From: Guillardia theta CCMP2712
Taxonomy: Eukaryota; Protista; Cryptophyta
Direction: 5' to 3'
DNA length: 64,000 bases
NCBI RefSeq assembly: GCF_000315625.1
Contig: NW_005434541.1
Coordinates: forward strand, 90,401-154,400
Within the stretch, counting starts at the first letter, position 1. Every line of letters begins with the position of its first letter. A program made the position numbers and the translations under genes. Positions 1 through 11,393 of the stretch are shown here, in pieces. The notes beneath the pieces were generated by a model that saw only the letters and a list, made by a program, of their open reading frames with translations, did no database searches and had not been told where the DNA came from.

Positions 1-719
1 GCCACCACCACCACCACCACCGCCATCACAGCATCAGGGCTGGCCACTGATAAGACAGAGCTTAAAGCCACTGAATCGGGAAATGAACTTCTACTGATAC
101 GTTTGGTTCACTGCAGCCATTTCTAGCGTGCCCACCATGCTTTGAAGAATGAGTATAACGTCATCCTGAGGGTCAACCACCATGAAGGTGCCGACCGCCA
201 TCCCTGAAGAACCGCACATGAACTGGTCACTTGCCGACGGTTGGACCCCGAGTGTCCAACTCACTTCCTTTTCAATCGTTCCTGTAAGAGACACACAGCT
301 TTTCTTTGCTCCTCTGGAACTCATGGCTTCAATAATATGTATGGCCTACACCCCCCCAGAATATCGTATACCTCAGTCAACATGCATACCTGTCAAGTTC
401 CAGCCAATTGCTATGACCTACTGTATGTCGACCGACATATCAGTCCAGAAGCTTGCCGCTACTCCCACTCCTCGCCGCCTCCCCCACCCCCCCCCCTCCC
501 CCCCCCCCCACCTCACACCTTACCTTACCCGCGCGCGCGCTTTCCTCCTTCCCCGCGCGCTCCCCCCTCCTCTTCCTCTTCCCTCTCACGCTTTCCTCCC
601 CCTGCCTGCCTCTTGCCATCATCCCCTGCTTCCGTTTCTTTCCTCGTTCTTGCTCTTTGCTACTTGTTGTCTCCTCCCTGCTAGCTCCCCTTGCTCCTTC
701 CTTCCATGCTCGCTCCCGC

Positions 720-1300
720 TGCTGAGGAGTACCAGGAGGGTCTCCGTGACGTCCTGCGGAGCCTCTCACTCCGCCATCCTTGCGCGGGGGAGGAGGACAG
801 TGCTCTGCTTCGGACGAGGAGCTGAGGGGCAGGTGGGGAACGTCCAGCTGAGGTGGAGGAGTGAAGCTGTGCTGCAGCTCGGAAACCTCTCGAGCATGTC
901 GGACTCGCACCCGGCGAGAGTCGCTGCTGTGGACGGCGAGGAAGTCATGGTGAGGGAGCAGGGAGCAGGGAGCAGGGAGCAGGGAGCAGGGAGCAGGGAG
1001 CAGGGAGCAGGGAGCAGGGAGCAGGGAGCAGGGAGCAGGGAGCAGGGAGCAGGGGGAAGGGAGCAGGGAGCAGGAGGCAGGGAGCAGGAGGCAGGTGGAA
1101 GGAGGGAGGAGAGAGGGTGTTTGAGATGGTGGATGGAAGGGGAGGGAGGAGTAGGGGAGAGATAAGTGGGGACGAAGGAGGGAGGAGGGAGCAAGGGGCG
1201 TGATTTCCTTACAGGATATCGTGTGCTCAAAACATTCAACCCTTGCAGTCACCAACTTAGGAGGGCGACTGTTCTCCTGGGGAAGCATCCGACTGCACAG
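720..1300 (+). CDS. RCC1-repeat protein, partial (start unresolved, runs into N-gap)
   Basis: Frame reads VSVTSCGASHSAIL..VLCFGRGAEGQVG. After a (GGGAGCA)n-filled GT..AG intron (about 949-1214) it reads DIVCSKHSTLAVTNLGGRLFSWG. Both segments match the RCC1 repeat pattern. Confidence 0.6.
950..1095 (+). repeat. (GGGAGCA)n heptamer repeat inside intron
   Basis: Directly visible tandem repeat; it produces the spurious REQGAGS ORF. Confidence 0.95.
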
Positions 1301-1318
1301 GTTTGAACCCTCCTCGCT

Positions 1319-1418
1319 NNNNNNNNNNNNNNNNNNNNNNNNNNNNNNNNNNNNNNNNNNNNNNNNNNNNNNNNNNNNNNNNNNNNNNNNNNNNNNNNNN
1401 NNNNNNNNNNNNNNNNNN
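1319..1418. other. Assembly gap (other gaps at 3823-4037, 5441-5540, 29646-29745)
   Basis: Runs of N. Confidence 1.
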
Positions 1419-1810
1419 GGGGCAAGGTGGTGACAGTCTGTTGATTCTCAGGGTCACTTGCGTCATCTCAGGACCGACTTTCGTCGCACGCGATCATCAT
1501 CGCACAAGTATAGTGAACCAACAGCTTCATTACATAATCCTCTCCTCCTCTCCTCCTGCCCTCCTTACCTCCTCTCCTCCTCTTCCTCATCACCCGTCAT
1601 GATTCATGACTCCCTCGCTCTTGTAATCCCTCCTCCCTCCCTCCCTCCCTCCCCTTCTCGTTTCCTTTCTCGTCTCGTCCTCGTCTTCAGAGTTTTGTAG
1701 CTCTTGCTCGCCGTCTCGCTCCCTGCTCTTCGCCTCTGAACCCTAGAGAAACTCTCAGCATCTCCCTCCACTTCCTGCCCTTCACTTCTCCTCCTCCTCT
1801 CTCCCTTCCT

Positions 1811-3021
1811 CTACTCAGCTCCTCCCATCCTCCTCTGCAGCTTCGCGCGCAGCTCGTCCTGAAAGTCGAATCCTCCTGCTCCCTCCTTGGGCTTAGGCTT
1901 CGTTCGTTCAGCCTCCCCTCCCTCGCTCCCTCCCGCCGGCTTCGAAGGTGACGGTGACGCTTTTTTTGCCGGTGAGTAGGAAGGAGGAGGAGGGGGAGGG
2001 GGTGGGGGAGGAGCCCCGCCAGCAGCAGGAGGTGGAGGAGCGCGTGGGGGTCCACCGACAGGAGGAGGAGGGGGGGGGTGGAGGAGGGGCCTCCGCCAAC
2101 GGGGGAGAGGGGGGAGGGGGAGGGAGGGAGGAGCAGACGAGATGGCAGGAGGAGGTTGAGAACGTTGGGCGTGAGAGGCTGCGGGAGGGGCAGGGGGCGC
2201 GACCGCCGTTATCTTGGAAGGGGAGAGGCTCTGAGGTAGAGGACGAGGAGGAGGAGGAGAAGCTGATGCAAGAAAGTCAGCAGGGGCCCCTGGCAACTTC
2301 GTCTCCTCTTGACCTGCCGCGTGATCGCGCTGCTCCTTCTCTCCTCCGTCAGGCACGAAGTTCTTCTTCAGCCGCGCCTTCCCCAAAACATGAGGACAGC
2401 AGCACACAAGAGGAAGAAGCAGAGAGGAAGGAGGGAAGAATGGGAGAAGAGGAAAGATAGGAGGAGGGACAGAAGGAGGGGGAGGAGGGAGAGAGGAAGG
2501 AGGGGAAGGGGGAGGATCAGACGGGCGATTGAGGAGAGAGGAGGAGAACAGTCATGAATACCGCAAGTTCATCTTGGAGGCTCATTCCCGGAGCGACAAC
2601 CTTCTTGATCTTCATCTTGGGTGCGGCTTCCTTCATCGCTTCCTCGTGCTTGTCAGCCTCTCCTCCTTCTTGCTGCTGCTTCTGAGCATCTTGTTCTTCC
2701 TTCCTCCGAGCCTGCTCCTGCTCCTCCCTCCTCTGAGCCTCCTCCTGTTGCCGACGGCGGGTTTCCTCTTCCTCCTTCCTCCTGGACTCCTCCCTCCTCC
2801 TTTCGTCTTCCTTCCTCGTCTCCTCCTCCTCTTCTCTTCTGCGAGCTTCTTCCTCGACCTTCGCGTTGTTCGTGTCCTCCTCCTCCCTCCTCTGTGCAGC
2901 CTCCTCCTCCTCTATCCTCTTGCGGGCTTCTTCCTCCCCGTCCTCTCTTCCCTCCTCCTGCATCATCAATCAGCACCACGAGACAGACGGGATCGGTCAC
3001 GGCTACCTGTTCTTCCTGCTC

Positions 3022-3068
<47 letters not shown>

Positions 3069-5267
3069 CGCTGTCGTGCGGATGCAGGGGGACTATGATA
3101 CCCGGCGTCAACCTTCTCTCCTCCTCTCCTGCGGCAACTTCAGCATCCCCATGACTTCACGAGCGTCGTCGACCTGCGAGAACCGCGCGCAGCGTCTCGT
3201 TCAGTTTCGATTCAACAGCTGCAAGCAACATTAGGGGACGCGAGGAAACTGGTCCAGAGATTCACCAAGTTCTCCTGCTGCTGCTGCTGCTGCTCCTCCT
3301 CCTCCTCCTCCTCCTCCTCCCTCTCCTCCTACTTCTCCTGCTTCAGTGACAGAGCTCATCGTTCGAGCCTTCGGAGCAGATGGAGCTGGAGGCTTGCGAG
3401 GAGGAGGAGGCTTGTTGGGAGACGAGCCTTTCCCAGGTGGGAGGTTGACAGGAGGAGGAGGTTTCGGCTTCTTCCGTGACGCTCGACTCGCAGCGTCCCC
3501 AGGCAGGCCCTGCGTCCTTGCAGGAGGCGTCAGATTCTACCGGAGCCTCATGGCTGTACTGACTCTGAGCTAGAGGAAGGAGCAGGAGGAGGCTTCGGAA
3601 GCTTCCCAGCCCCTTCCAGCCCTCTCGGACGGTCTCCACTCCCGTAGGAAAGTGGCCTCGGCAGGAGGGGCTCAACGGCTGGATGAAGGAGGTTCAGCAC
3701 TGCGAGAGAACGAGGGGTACGATGAGACCATTTGCCGCTGCCATGGTCGGCCTCCTACTTTGCCGTGTCCTCCTTGAGTCTATCAGACACAATCAGGCCC
3801 TTAGATCAGATAGCAACACCCGNNNNNNNNNNNNNNNNNNNNNNNNNNNNNNNNNNNNNNNNNNNNNNNNNNNNNNNNNNNNNNNNNNNNNNNNNNNNNN
3901 NNNNNNNNNNNNNNNNNNNNNNNNNNNNNNNNNNNNNNNNNNNNNNNNNNNNNNNNNNNNNNNNNNNNNNNNNNNNNNNNNNNNNNNNNNNNNNNNNNNN
4001 NNNNNNNNNNNNNNNNNNNNNNNNNNNNNNNNNNNNNGGCCGACGGAATCACTCACAACAAGTAGGAATGATTTATTTGCGGCAACACGAACATGTTCAT
4101 CCCTTGCAACGGTAGAGAAGCCCAGCCCTCCACACATCCTCTCCTCTCTCCTGCTTCCCTCTCGCTCCCACCCTATCCTCCTTCCCCAGGCCTGCACTTT
4201 CTCCCTCCTCTCTTTCATAGCACGGCCTTACGGTTGTTGCCAGGAGTTGTGGGCCAAGTTGGTAGAGCGAGCGTGTCTCGGAAGCACGCTGTCGTCGAGC
4301 TGATGCTGCTCTGCACTGCCTGCTCACCGACAAACTCAGGTTGAGGAGGAAAAGTGAGAAGCAGAACAAGACGAGTGGAGAACAGCAGCAGCAGCAGCAT
4401 TCGCACAAGCAGCAGCAGTGTGGCTGTATTAGTAATGAAGGGCGGGGGCAAGGGGGCAAGGTAGTGCAGGTAGTTGGAGGAAGAGACTGGCATGTGAGAA
4501 GTACCATCAGCAGGCAGCAAGTTCCTGCAAGAGCGGTCAACATGGCCTCATCGCAAACAGCACATCGCTCACGGCTTCGTCGCTATCCTACTTGCTTCGA
4601 GGTGCTTGAGGCTCCGCATTCTCTTGCATGCCGCGGCTCTGTGGCAGATGGAGTCCGTGCTGTTGGTGATCGACTCGATTGCAAGCTCCTGTCCTTGGAA
4701 GACAGCCTCCATGGTCTGAACGAGGTGATCCAGATATGTCACTGTAGTGATGGTGGAATCTATTATGTAGTCTCGTCCCTGGTCGATCAAGCTCTCTGCC
4801 GACTGCGGTTCTTCAGCATAAGTGCTCTCGATGTAGTCGGCCATCTACAAAAGTTGTCAGAGGGTCTTGCAAGCGTCGGGACGACTTGATACAGATCAAA
4901 GGCCCCCAGCCATTGACAAATCTAGTTCAACAACGGTCCTTCCTGCTAAGACATCGTCTCTTCTGCACTACCACCATGTCTCGACACGGAGCAGAGAACG
5001 CAGTCCACTCTCTCGCTATAATCTCGCTGTTCTTTCTTGCTGGTCTCGCATACTCCAACCCATCATGCAGTTTGCTCCGCTAACCTCATTGCTGGAACGA
5101 GCTGCTCTCTCCCTTCACTTCCCTCGCATGCCCACCATCTCCCCATCTTCACCTACCTGGCTGATGTAGTCGGCGTTTTCCTTCAGCGTCGCCATGCTCG
5201 GTCTCGCCTCCTCGATCGTCTCCTGGAGGAACTGTCGTCTCCGCTCGTCCCACCTGACCGCCTCCAT
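1811..5267 (-). CDS. ABI/ABIL (Abl-interactor)-like N-terminus followed by Pro-rich, charged and WH2-like segments; multi-exon
   Basis: Exon 5267-5157 spliced (GTAGGT..TGTAG) to 4844 gives LKENADYISQMADYIESTYAEEPQSAESLIDQGRDYIIDSTITTVTYLDHLVQTMEAVFQGQELAIESITNSTDSICHR, which resembles the ABI N-terminal helices. Downstream exons are poly-Pro and E/R-rich and end in FQDELRAKLQRR. Continuity across the gap at 3823-4037 is assumed. Confidence 0.55.
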
Positions 5268-5773
5268 TGCACCCTGGTTGCTCCCTACCCCACCCCACTC
5301 GTCGGTACTTCTTGTACACTGGGACCCCTTCATGAACAATTGATTTGAGAATTTGGAAAATATTGATCAAAAAACAAGCAAAATCAGGAAATTCTTAGAC
5401 AAAAATTAAGTTTTCTCAAACGATCCTTCTCAAAAATGACNNNNNNNNNNNNNNNNNNNNNNNNNNNNNNNNNNNNNNNNNNNNNNNNNNNNNNNNNNNN
5501 NNNNNNNNNNNNNNNNNNNNNNNNNNNNNNNNNNNNNNNNCCCTCCCCTCCTCCCCCCTCCCCCCCCCTCCCCTCCTGCCCCTGCCCCTGCTCCTGCTCT
5601 CCCTTCCCAACTCCTCCTCCTGATTTCGCCCCTCCTGCTCTTCCTGCCCCTCTTCCTGGCCCCTGCTCTTGCTCTTGTTACCCTTTTGCATTTTACCGCC
5701 CATATCTGGCTGCTCGATCCCTGGCTCCACTTATCTCCGTATCCTCAATCCCACGTGTCCTCTCTTGTCGGCC

Positions 5774-6687
5774 ATGCACGTGGCACAGGGATTCGTAGCC
5801 CAATCGTGCTTGTTCTTGATCATGCTGAGTTTCAGCGAAAGATCCTACGCTCTCCTGTCGTCCAATTTTGTGTCACATCCAGCACTACATCAGGGAAGTC
5901 CAGCACATCGTCCTACATGCACGGAACGGCGTGGAACAATCGGTCTCAGCTGTTCTACAGGAGAAGCGGCCGGACAGAGCAGGTTCTTCTCCTTCGAAGG
6001 CATCATAGGGGCAGGCAAGAGTACTCTATTGCGGAAGCTTCAAGAGAACGGGGTAGTTGTGATACCTGAGCCTCTCCAAGCGTGGCAGGACAACGGAATC
6101 TTTGAGGCCTTCTACAAGGACATGTCGAGATGGAGCTTCACCTTCCAGATTGCTGCGTTCACGACACGTGTGAAGTCGGTTGAGGAGGCCATCTCCTCGA
6201 CCTCCTCGTCCTCCTCGCCTTGGATGGTGGGAGAGCGATCATGGTTTGCAGACTCGTATGTCTTCGAGCCGCTCCTGCACAGGGACGGACATCTCAACAA
6301 CATGGAGCACGACAGCTACAAGCTGTGGTGGCAGTGGGCAGAGCAACGAGCCCCCCGGACCTCGGGTATCATATACCTTCGAGCATCACCGCGCACGTGC
6401 CTTAAGAGAATCCAGAAGCGTTCAAGGGCCGAGGAGGCGGACATTCCACTGGGGTACCTGGAGGGGCTCTTTGAGAAGCACGAAGACTGGCTCATGCACA
6501 GGAAGACGCCGTACGGGAGGCACGACATTCCAGTCCTCGTGTTGAATGCCGACGTCGAGTTCGAGTCCAACGAGGAGGTCACGCAGGTGAGTCGGAGGTG
6601 GACTGTGTTGATATGGTTGACGGTGAGATTCAGGAGATGTTAGCTTCTATCTTGAACTTCATGAAGGAGAACGGAAGCGCATCTTGA
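5774..6687 (+). CDS. Deoxynucleoside kinase (dCK/dGK/dNK family) with N-terminal signal plus transit-like leader
   Basis: P-loop EGIIGAGKST, PEPLQAW, FTFQ, ERS, DSYVF and lid RIQKRSRAEE. Intron 6587-6633; stop TGA at 6685-6687. Confidence 0.92.
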
Positions 6688-6870
6688 TCGTTGAGGGATT
6701 TTCACTGAATCTCTTCCGACTAGTTGCATGTCATCCTGCGGTTTTCCTCTGAAACCAACTAGGACTTTTCCACCCGTTGCATGAATTTCTCTTCCTCCCC
6801 TTCCTTCTCATCCCTTCCACACAAGACGCTCTATCGCTTCGTGAATATGTTCTCCGGAACGTTCTGATCA

Positions 6871-8625
6871 TCAAGAGTCAGAGCACGAGACACAGGACAC
6901 GAGCCGATTTACCGCAGCGAGCGGTGTTGGCTCCTCCGCGTTCACCGGTACGGGATACACCCCGGTGAAGCAAGCTCTGCAAAAGCCATAGCGGGCCCCG
7001 GAAGCTTCTATCGTGGACTCCACAAGTCCGTTGGCACTGAGATACCCCATCGTCTTCACACCCAGCCAGGCAGCCATGGACGGGATGTCACCATGGTGCT
7101 GGTTGAACAAGAGCTCTCCCTGCAAGAAACAGTGAGGGGATGAAGCAACGGAAAGGACGAAAGACCTTGGAAGGAAAGTCCATGCCGAAGAAGCACGGGT
7201 CTGTGACGGGAGGGCTTGCTACTCGGAAGTGTACTTCCTTCGCTCCCGCAGAACGGACGAGCCCGATGAGCTGCCGAGCTGTCGTGCCTCTCACAATGGA
7301 GTCGTCCAGGAGCACGACGACTCTGTCCTTGCAGACGTGCGTCAACGGATTGAACTTGCATCTAACTTTGAGGTCCCTGTACTCCTGGGATGGAGCGATG
7401 AAGCTTCTACCCACGTAAGGATTTCTGAAGAATCCCAGATCCTGAATGCAAGCTCTGCCGAGCCTCACCGACTCCTCCACGAAGCCGATCGTTGCGTGAG
7501 TGGCGGAGTCAGGGACTGGGATGACGACAGGAGGAAGCTCTCCCTCGCCAACCTCGGGGACAGGATGTTCTCGCGCAAGTTGCCTACCATGAGCACGGCG
7601 AACTTTGGTGACGTAGTCTCCGAATACCATCGAGTCCGGGCGAGCGAAGTAGACGTATTCAAAGATGCACTGGGAGACACCGAACTTGTTCGGGAGGTGA
7701 AGGGAAGCAAAAGTTCCCGACTTGACCGACTTGAAGTTGATGACGATCATTTCTCCTGGCTCCACGTCTCGGACATATTCAGCTTTGCAGAGATCCAGCG
7801 CGCAAGTCTCTGAGGCCACACAGAAGCCGTCTGTTCCATTTACACCTCTCTTGGGCAACCTGCGGGCAAGTCAGCAACAAGGTTCTCTGTCCGAGGTTTT
7901 TGATCGACTCACTTCCCAAGCACGAGCGGACGGAAACCGTTGGGGTCTCGCACGCAGATCATGCTCTCGTCGGTCATGACGACACAGGAGAAGGCCCCCT
8001 CTGCCTGCGTCATGGCATCGAAGATCTGATCAATCTGACTCCTTCGCTTGCTGTGCGAGATGAGGTGCAAGAACAGCTCTGAGTCCACTGAGGTCTGCAT
8101 CAGCACCCCGTGATGCTCGAAGAACGTCCTCAGCTCATTGAAGTTCGACAAGTTTCCGTTGTGCGCCAGCGCCAGATTCCCCAGAGCGTAGCGAACAGCA
8201 AACGGCTGGTACCCGGCCAGCTGTGTCTTCCCCCCAGCCGTCGAGTACCGCGTGTGTCCCACCGCACAGTTTCCCTTGAGAGTGTTGAGCACCTCAGGGG
8301 TGAAGGTGTCAGTCACGAGCCCCATCCCCTTGTGGATGTCAAACTCCTTCCCCATCCCACTCTTCAACTCAGGCAGGATATCTCCCGTGACCATCCCGGA
8401 CCCTTCCTGTCCACGATGCTGCAGCCCCACCAGCCCATAGTAACACGTGTGAGAGGCCTTCTCAACGTTGAAGACGCCAAAGACTCCACACTTCTCGTTG
8501 TATCTCCTCTCGCTCATTTGCTCCAACCCCTCTGCCACCAGGGGGCCAGCTCGGGTCGCCAGAGGGTCTTGCCTCGACGCTGCATTGTAAGAGCTCGACG
8601 AGTGAGCCAGGTCCTCTATGTCCAT
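6871..8625 (-). CDS. PPAT: Amidophosphoribosyltransferase (glutamine PRPP amidotransferase), 4Fe-4S type
   Basis: Propeptide followed by EKCGVFG (N-terminal nucleophile Cys), LQHRGQE, GHTRYST, AHNGN, RDPNGFRPL, CIFEYVYFARPDS, LDDSIVRGTT, PCFFGMD and CRACFTG. Introns 7860-7912 and 7120-7165. Confidence 0.97.
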
Positions 8626-9639
8626 ACTCGCTGTATCTAGAGAGTTTGGGTCTGAGTGATGAAGCAAAGTAGAATCTCAACCTGAGACAGCTGTCAGCAA
8701 GCGCTATTTTCACCTACGAGTAGCGCCCTCTTAAGGCAATTTGCATCGAGCCTGTTGAGATTCGGACATTTTTGCTCGTACTGGACGTCTCGCACTATAC
8801 ATTCGACTCAAAGATATCCTTCATTGTCCTGCTCACTCTAAGAAGACCTCATCGGTTTCGCCTAAGCTGCTTCGTATTCGTGCTTGGTTGTTGGGTTCGT
8901 TCAATCTAAGTCTACCATACGTTCACCTCTGCCTATCTGCTACCTCTTGTATGCTCTTGTTCTCTCATATCTGCTGTTCCTCTTCGCCATCGGCTCTCCT
9001 GCTTTCTCCCCCCCTCCTTGCACGAAGCCATGTGCGAGTTCCGGATGCTTTCTCGCGTTCAGTCTGCATACCAGCGGCCACAGAAAGTGGGGGGTCAGGG
9101 TGGTGTTGTGTGCATACAAAGCAGGTAGGGTGATGCAGAAAGAACTGTGTAAGGGGGTAGGGGTTTAAAAAGTCAATCACTCGCCATGGGTGGGGTACTT
9201 CAGAATGGTCATCTACTACCGGGTGCTTAGTAGATAAAAGAAGGGTGTTAAGAGAATTTTAGTCTTGACTGGTTGTTCATTGCTGTGGTACGGTGGTAGC
9301 AGGGATGAGAGGGTGATGTAGGAAAGGGGTTCTTCATAGGGGTAGGGATGGTGTTTTACAGGGTTACGTCCAGTAGAGGGTACGTACCAAATTAAAATAT
9401 GATATTGAGATAAAATCTATAAATGTCTTGTAGTACCAATAGTGTTAAAAGGATATTACTTTTAGCAAACACGACAAAATATTGGAAGTAAAAAGTCTTT
9501 ACCTATAGAGATATGAAAGGAAGACAGGTCATAATAAGTATTTTTGTAGTAGTATTTTGGTACCGGGAAGAAAAATCAATTGTTTTAAAAGTTTATCTAC
9601 TTCAAGGCTTGGTACTGTTTACGAGTACGGTACTGTACA

Positions 9640-10063
9640 AGTTCGAGCGCCCACACTTCACGTGCGCGGCATCAAAATAAAGTTCAGTGCCTGACTCGTC
9701 GGACTCCGGAGTCCGAGTCAGAACTCCCGGAGTCCGGGCCGGGGCCGAGTACACGAAGTGGCGGGGGCCCGGCTGATTCCTTAATCCAATCTCAGAACTA
9801 AAACCTACCGTGACTGCCGACTCACCTGACTAGGGACGTGCGGTACTCCATTCCGGTACGGTCGGACGGTCGGACGGTCGGACTATTCGATGGCCGGGCC
9901 CGAAATGCCATCATGACCAGAGCCTCGGACTGACTCGAAGCATCCTCGGGGGCGGACCGTATTGAATCATCGGAATCAATACCCCTGGTTATCTGTCATG
10001 TCACTATATAAGCATGGGGTCCAGTCTTCCTCGCCGAGTCTCTCGGAGGCTCCGACTCTCGGG

Positions 10064-10132
<69 letters not shown>

Positions 10133-10600
10133 CTCTCTCTTTCTTTCTTCTCATTCTCTCTCTTCTCACTTCCTTTCTCACTATCTCTTTTAACCTTTTT
10201 CCGAAGATACTCTTATCTCAGAACTTCGGAAGTCAATTACCTGTCGCTACTGCATACAATCCATCTAAGATCATCGATGGAATCAGAGCTGATTGTCGAA
10301 GTGTACTGTACGGTACGGTCCGAGGCTCGCACCGTACTGATGATCTTGAACTTAACTTTGAGTAAAGCAAGCTCAGTGCCGGCCAAGCCTGCGCGGCGGG
10401 CCGCTGCCGGCGGTGACGGACGGTCGGACTACAATCATTGCCCCCAGTTTCAAGTTTAATCAAGTAAGCTCCGGGCCGCATCGCCGCAAACTTACACGGT
10501 TGAGCCGGTTGCCTTTACAGCCAGCCCGTCGACGATGCGGCCGCAATGGCGTCAGTAGCCGCAACTAGCAGCCCGAGAGCCAAACCCCCGGGTCGCCAAT
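9640..10600. other. Intergenic CCGG/GACTC-rich GC island (contains a (CT)n tract at about 10066-10140), flanked by AT-rich then GGGTA-rich zones
   Basis: Dense CCGG, GGCC, GAGTC/GACTC and CGGTAC words; no credible ORF. The same composition recurs elsewhere in the window. Confidence 0.7.
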
Positions 10601-11393
10601 ATTTGACTTGTAGACATGGCCGTACAGAGTACTTTTCTTTTAAAATTATGTGAAGTACCGTCAAATATACTTTTATGTTAAAACTCAGGCCATTGGCACA
10701 AAAAGGTTTTTGAAGATGATTTTAAAAGCAAAACTTTAGCTGTAGAATTACTTCAAAAACAATTTATTCCTTGTAAAGCGATTTTTGGATAGAAGATTTA
10801 TTTTTTGAAGATATAAAAATAAATTAAGCCATAGCACTAACTTCAGTCAAGTATAATTAAAACACACCTTTTAATCAAAAAGTCCACGTGCGGTGGCCGC
10901 ATGTCTGACCCTGGGGGTGGTCATTTTCGATTCATTCAGAGGGTGGGTACCCGTTAATGAATGAGGTGGTACCAGTGCTGACAATTTATCTACCCGTACA
11001 CTTCATATTGAATATACGGTACTATGAAGGGTTCATCGGGAAGAGCTTCTTGTTTGAGTAGGGTAGGTTGTGGCTGGAATGATTTTTCCCAGTCGGCATG
11101 GGGTAGGGTAGTCAAGACTTGGGGTTAAGGGAGAGAGGGGGGTTGTTCGCATGTGCGGGCGGGAAGCAACTAGTGAAGGAGCGGCGAGTACAAGCAGGTG
11201 AAGGACGAGGAAAACGAGGAAAGATAACCGTTATTCTCAGCCCCTTCTCTTTCTCATCCATCCCACAGCTCACAGGTCCAGCTGTTCTTGCTCTGGCAGC
11301 TTGTTCCCTGACATTGAGGGCCAGGACAACGAGCTACGAGCTACAGGGCGGATTTCGAGTTGTGAGGAAAGGAGCAGACTTGGCTGAAGAAAT

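Noticed and set aside
1-440. Possible minus-strand exons (GTIEKEVSWTLG..)
   Set aside because: Splice-like signals exist, but I could not build a consistent reading frame or recognise a domain.
9100-11130. DNA transposon/MITE between PPAT and CAD
   Set aside because: No terminal inverted repeats, target-site duplication or transposase found by eye; treated as a compositional island.
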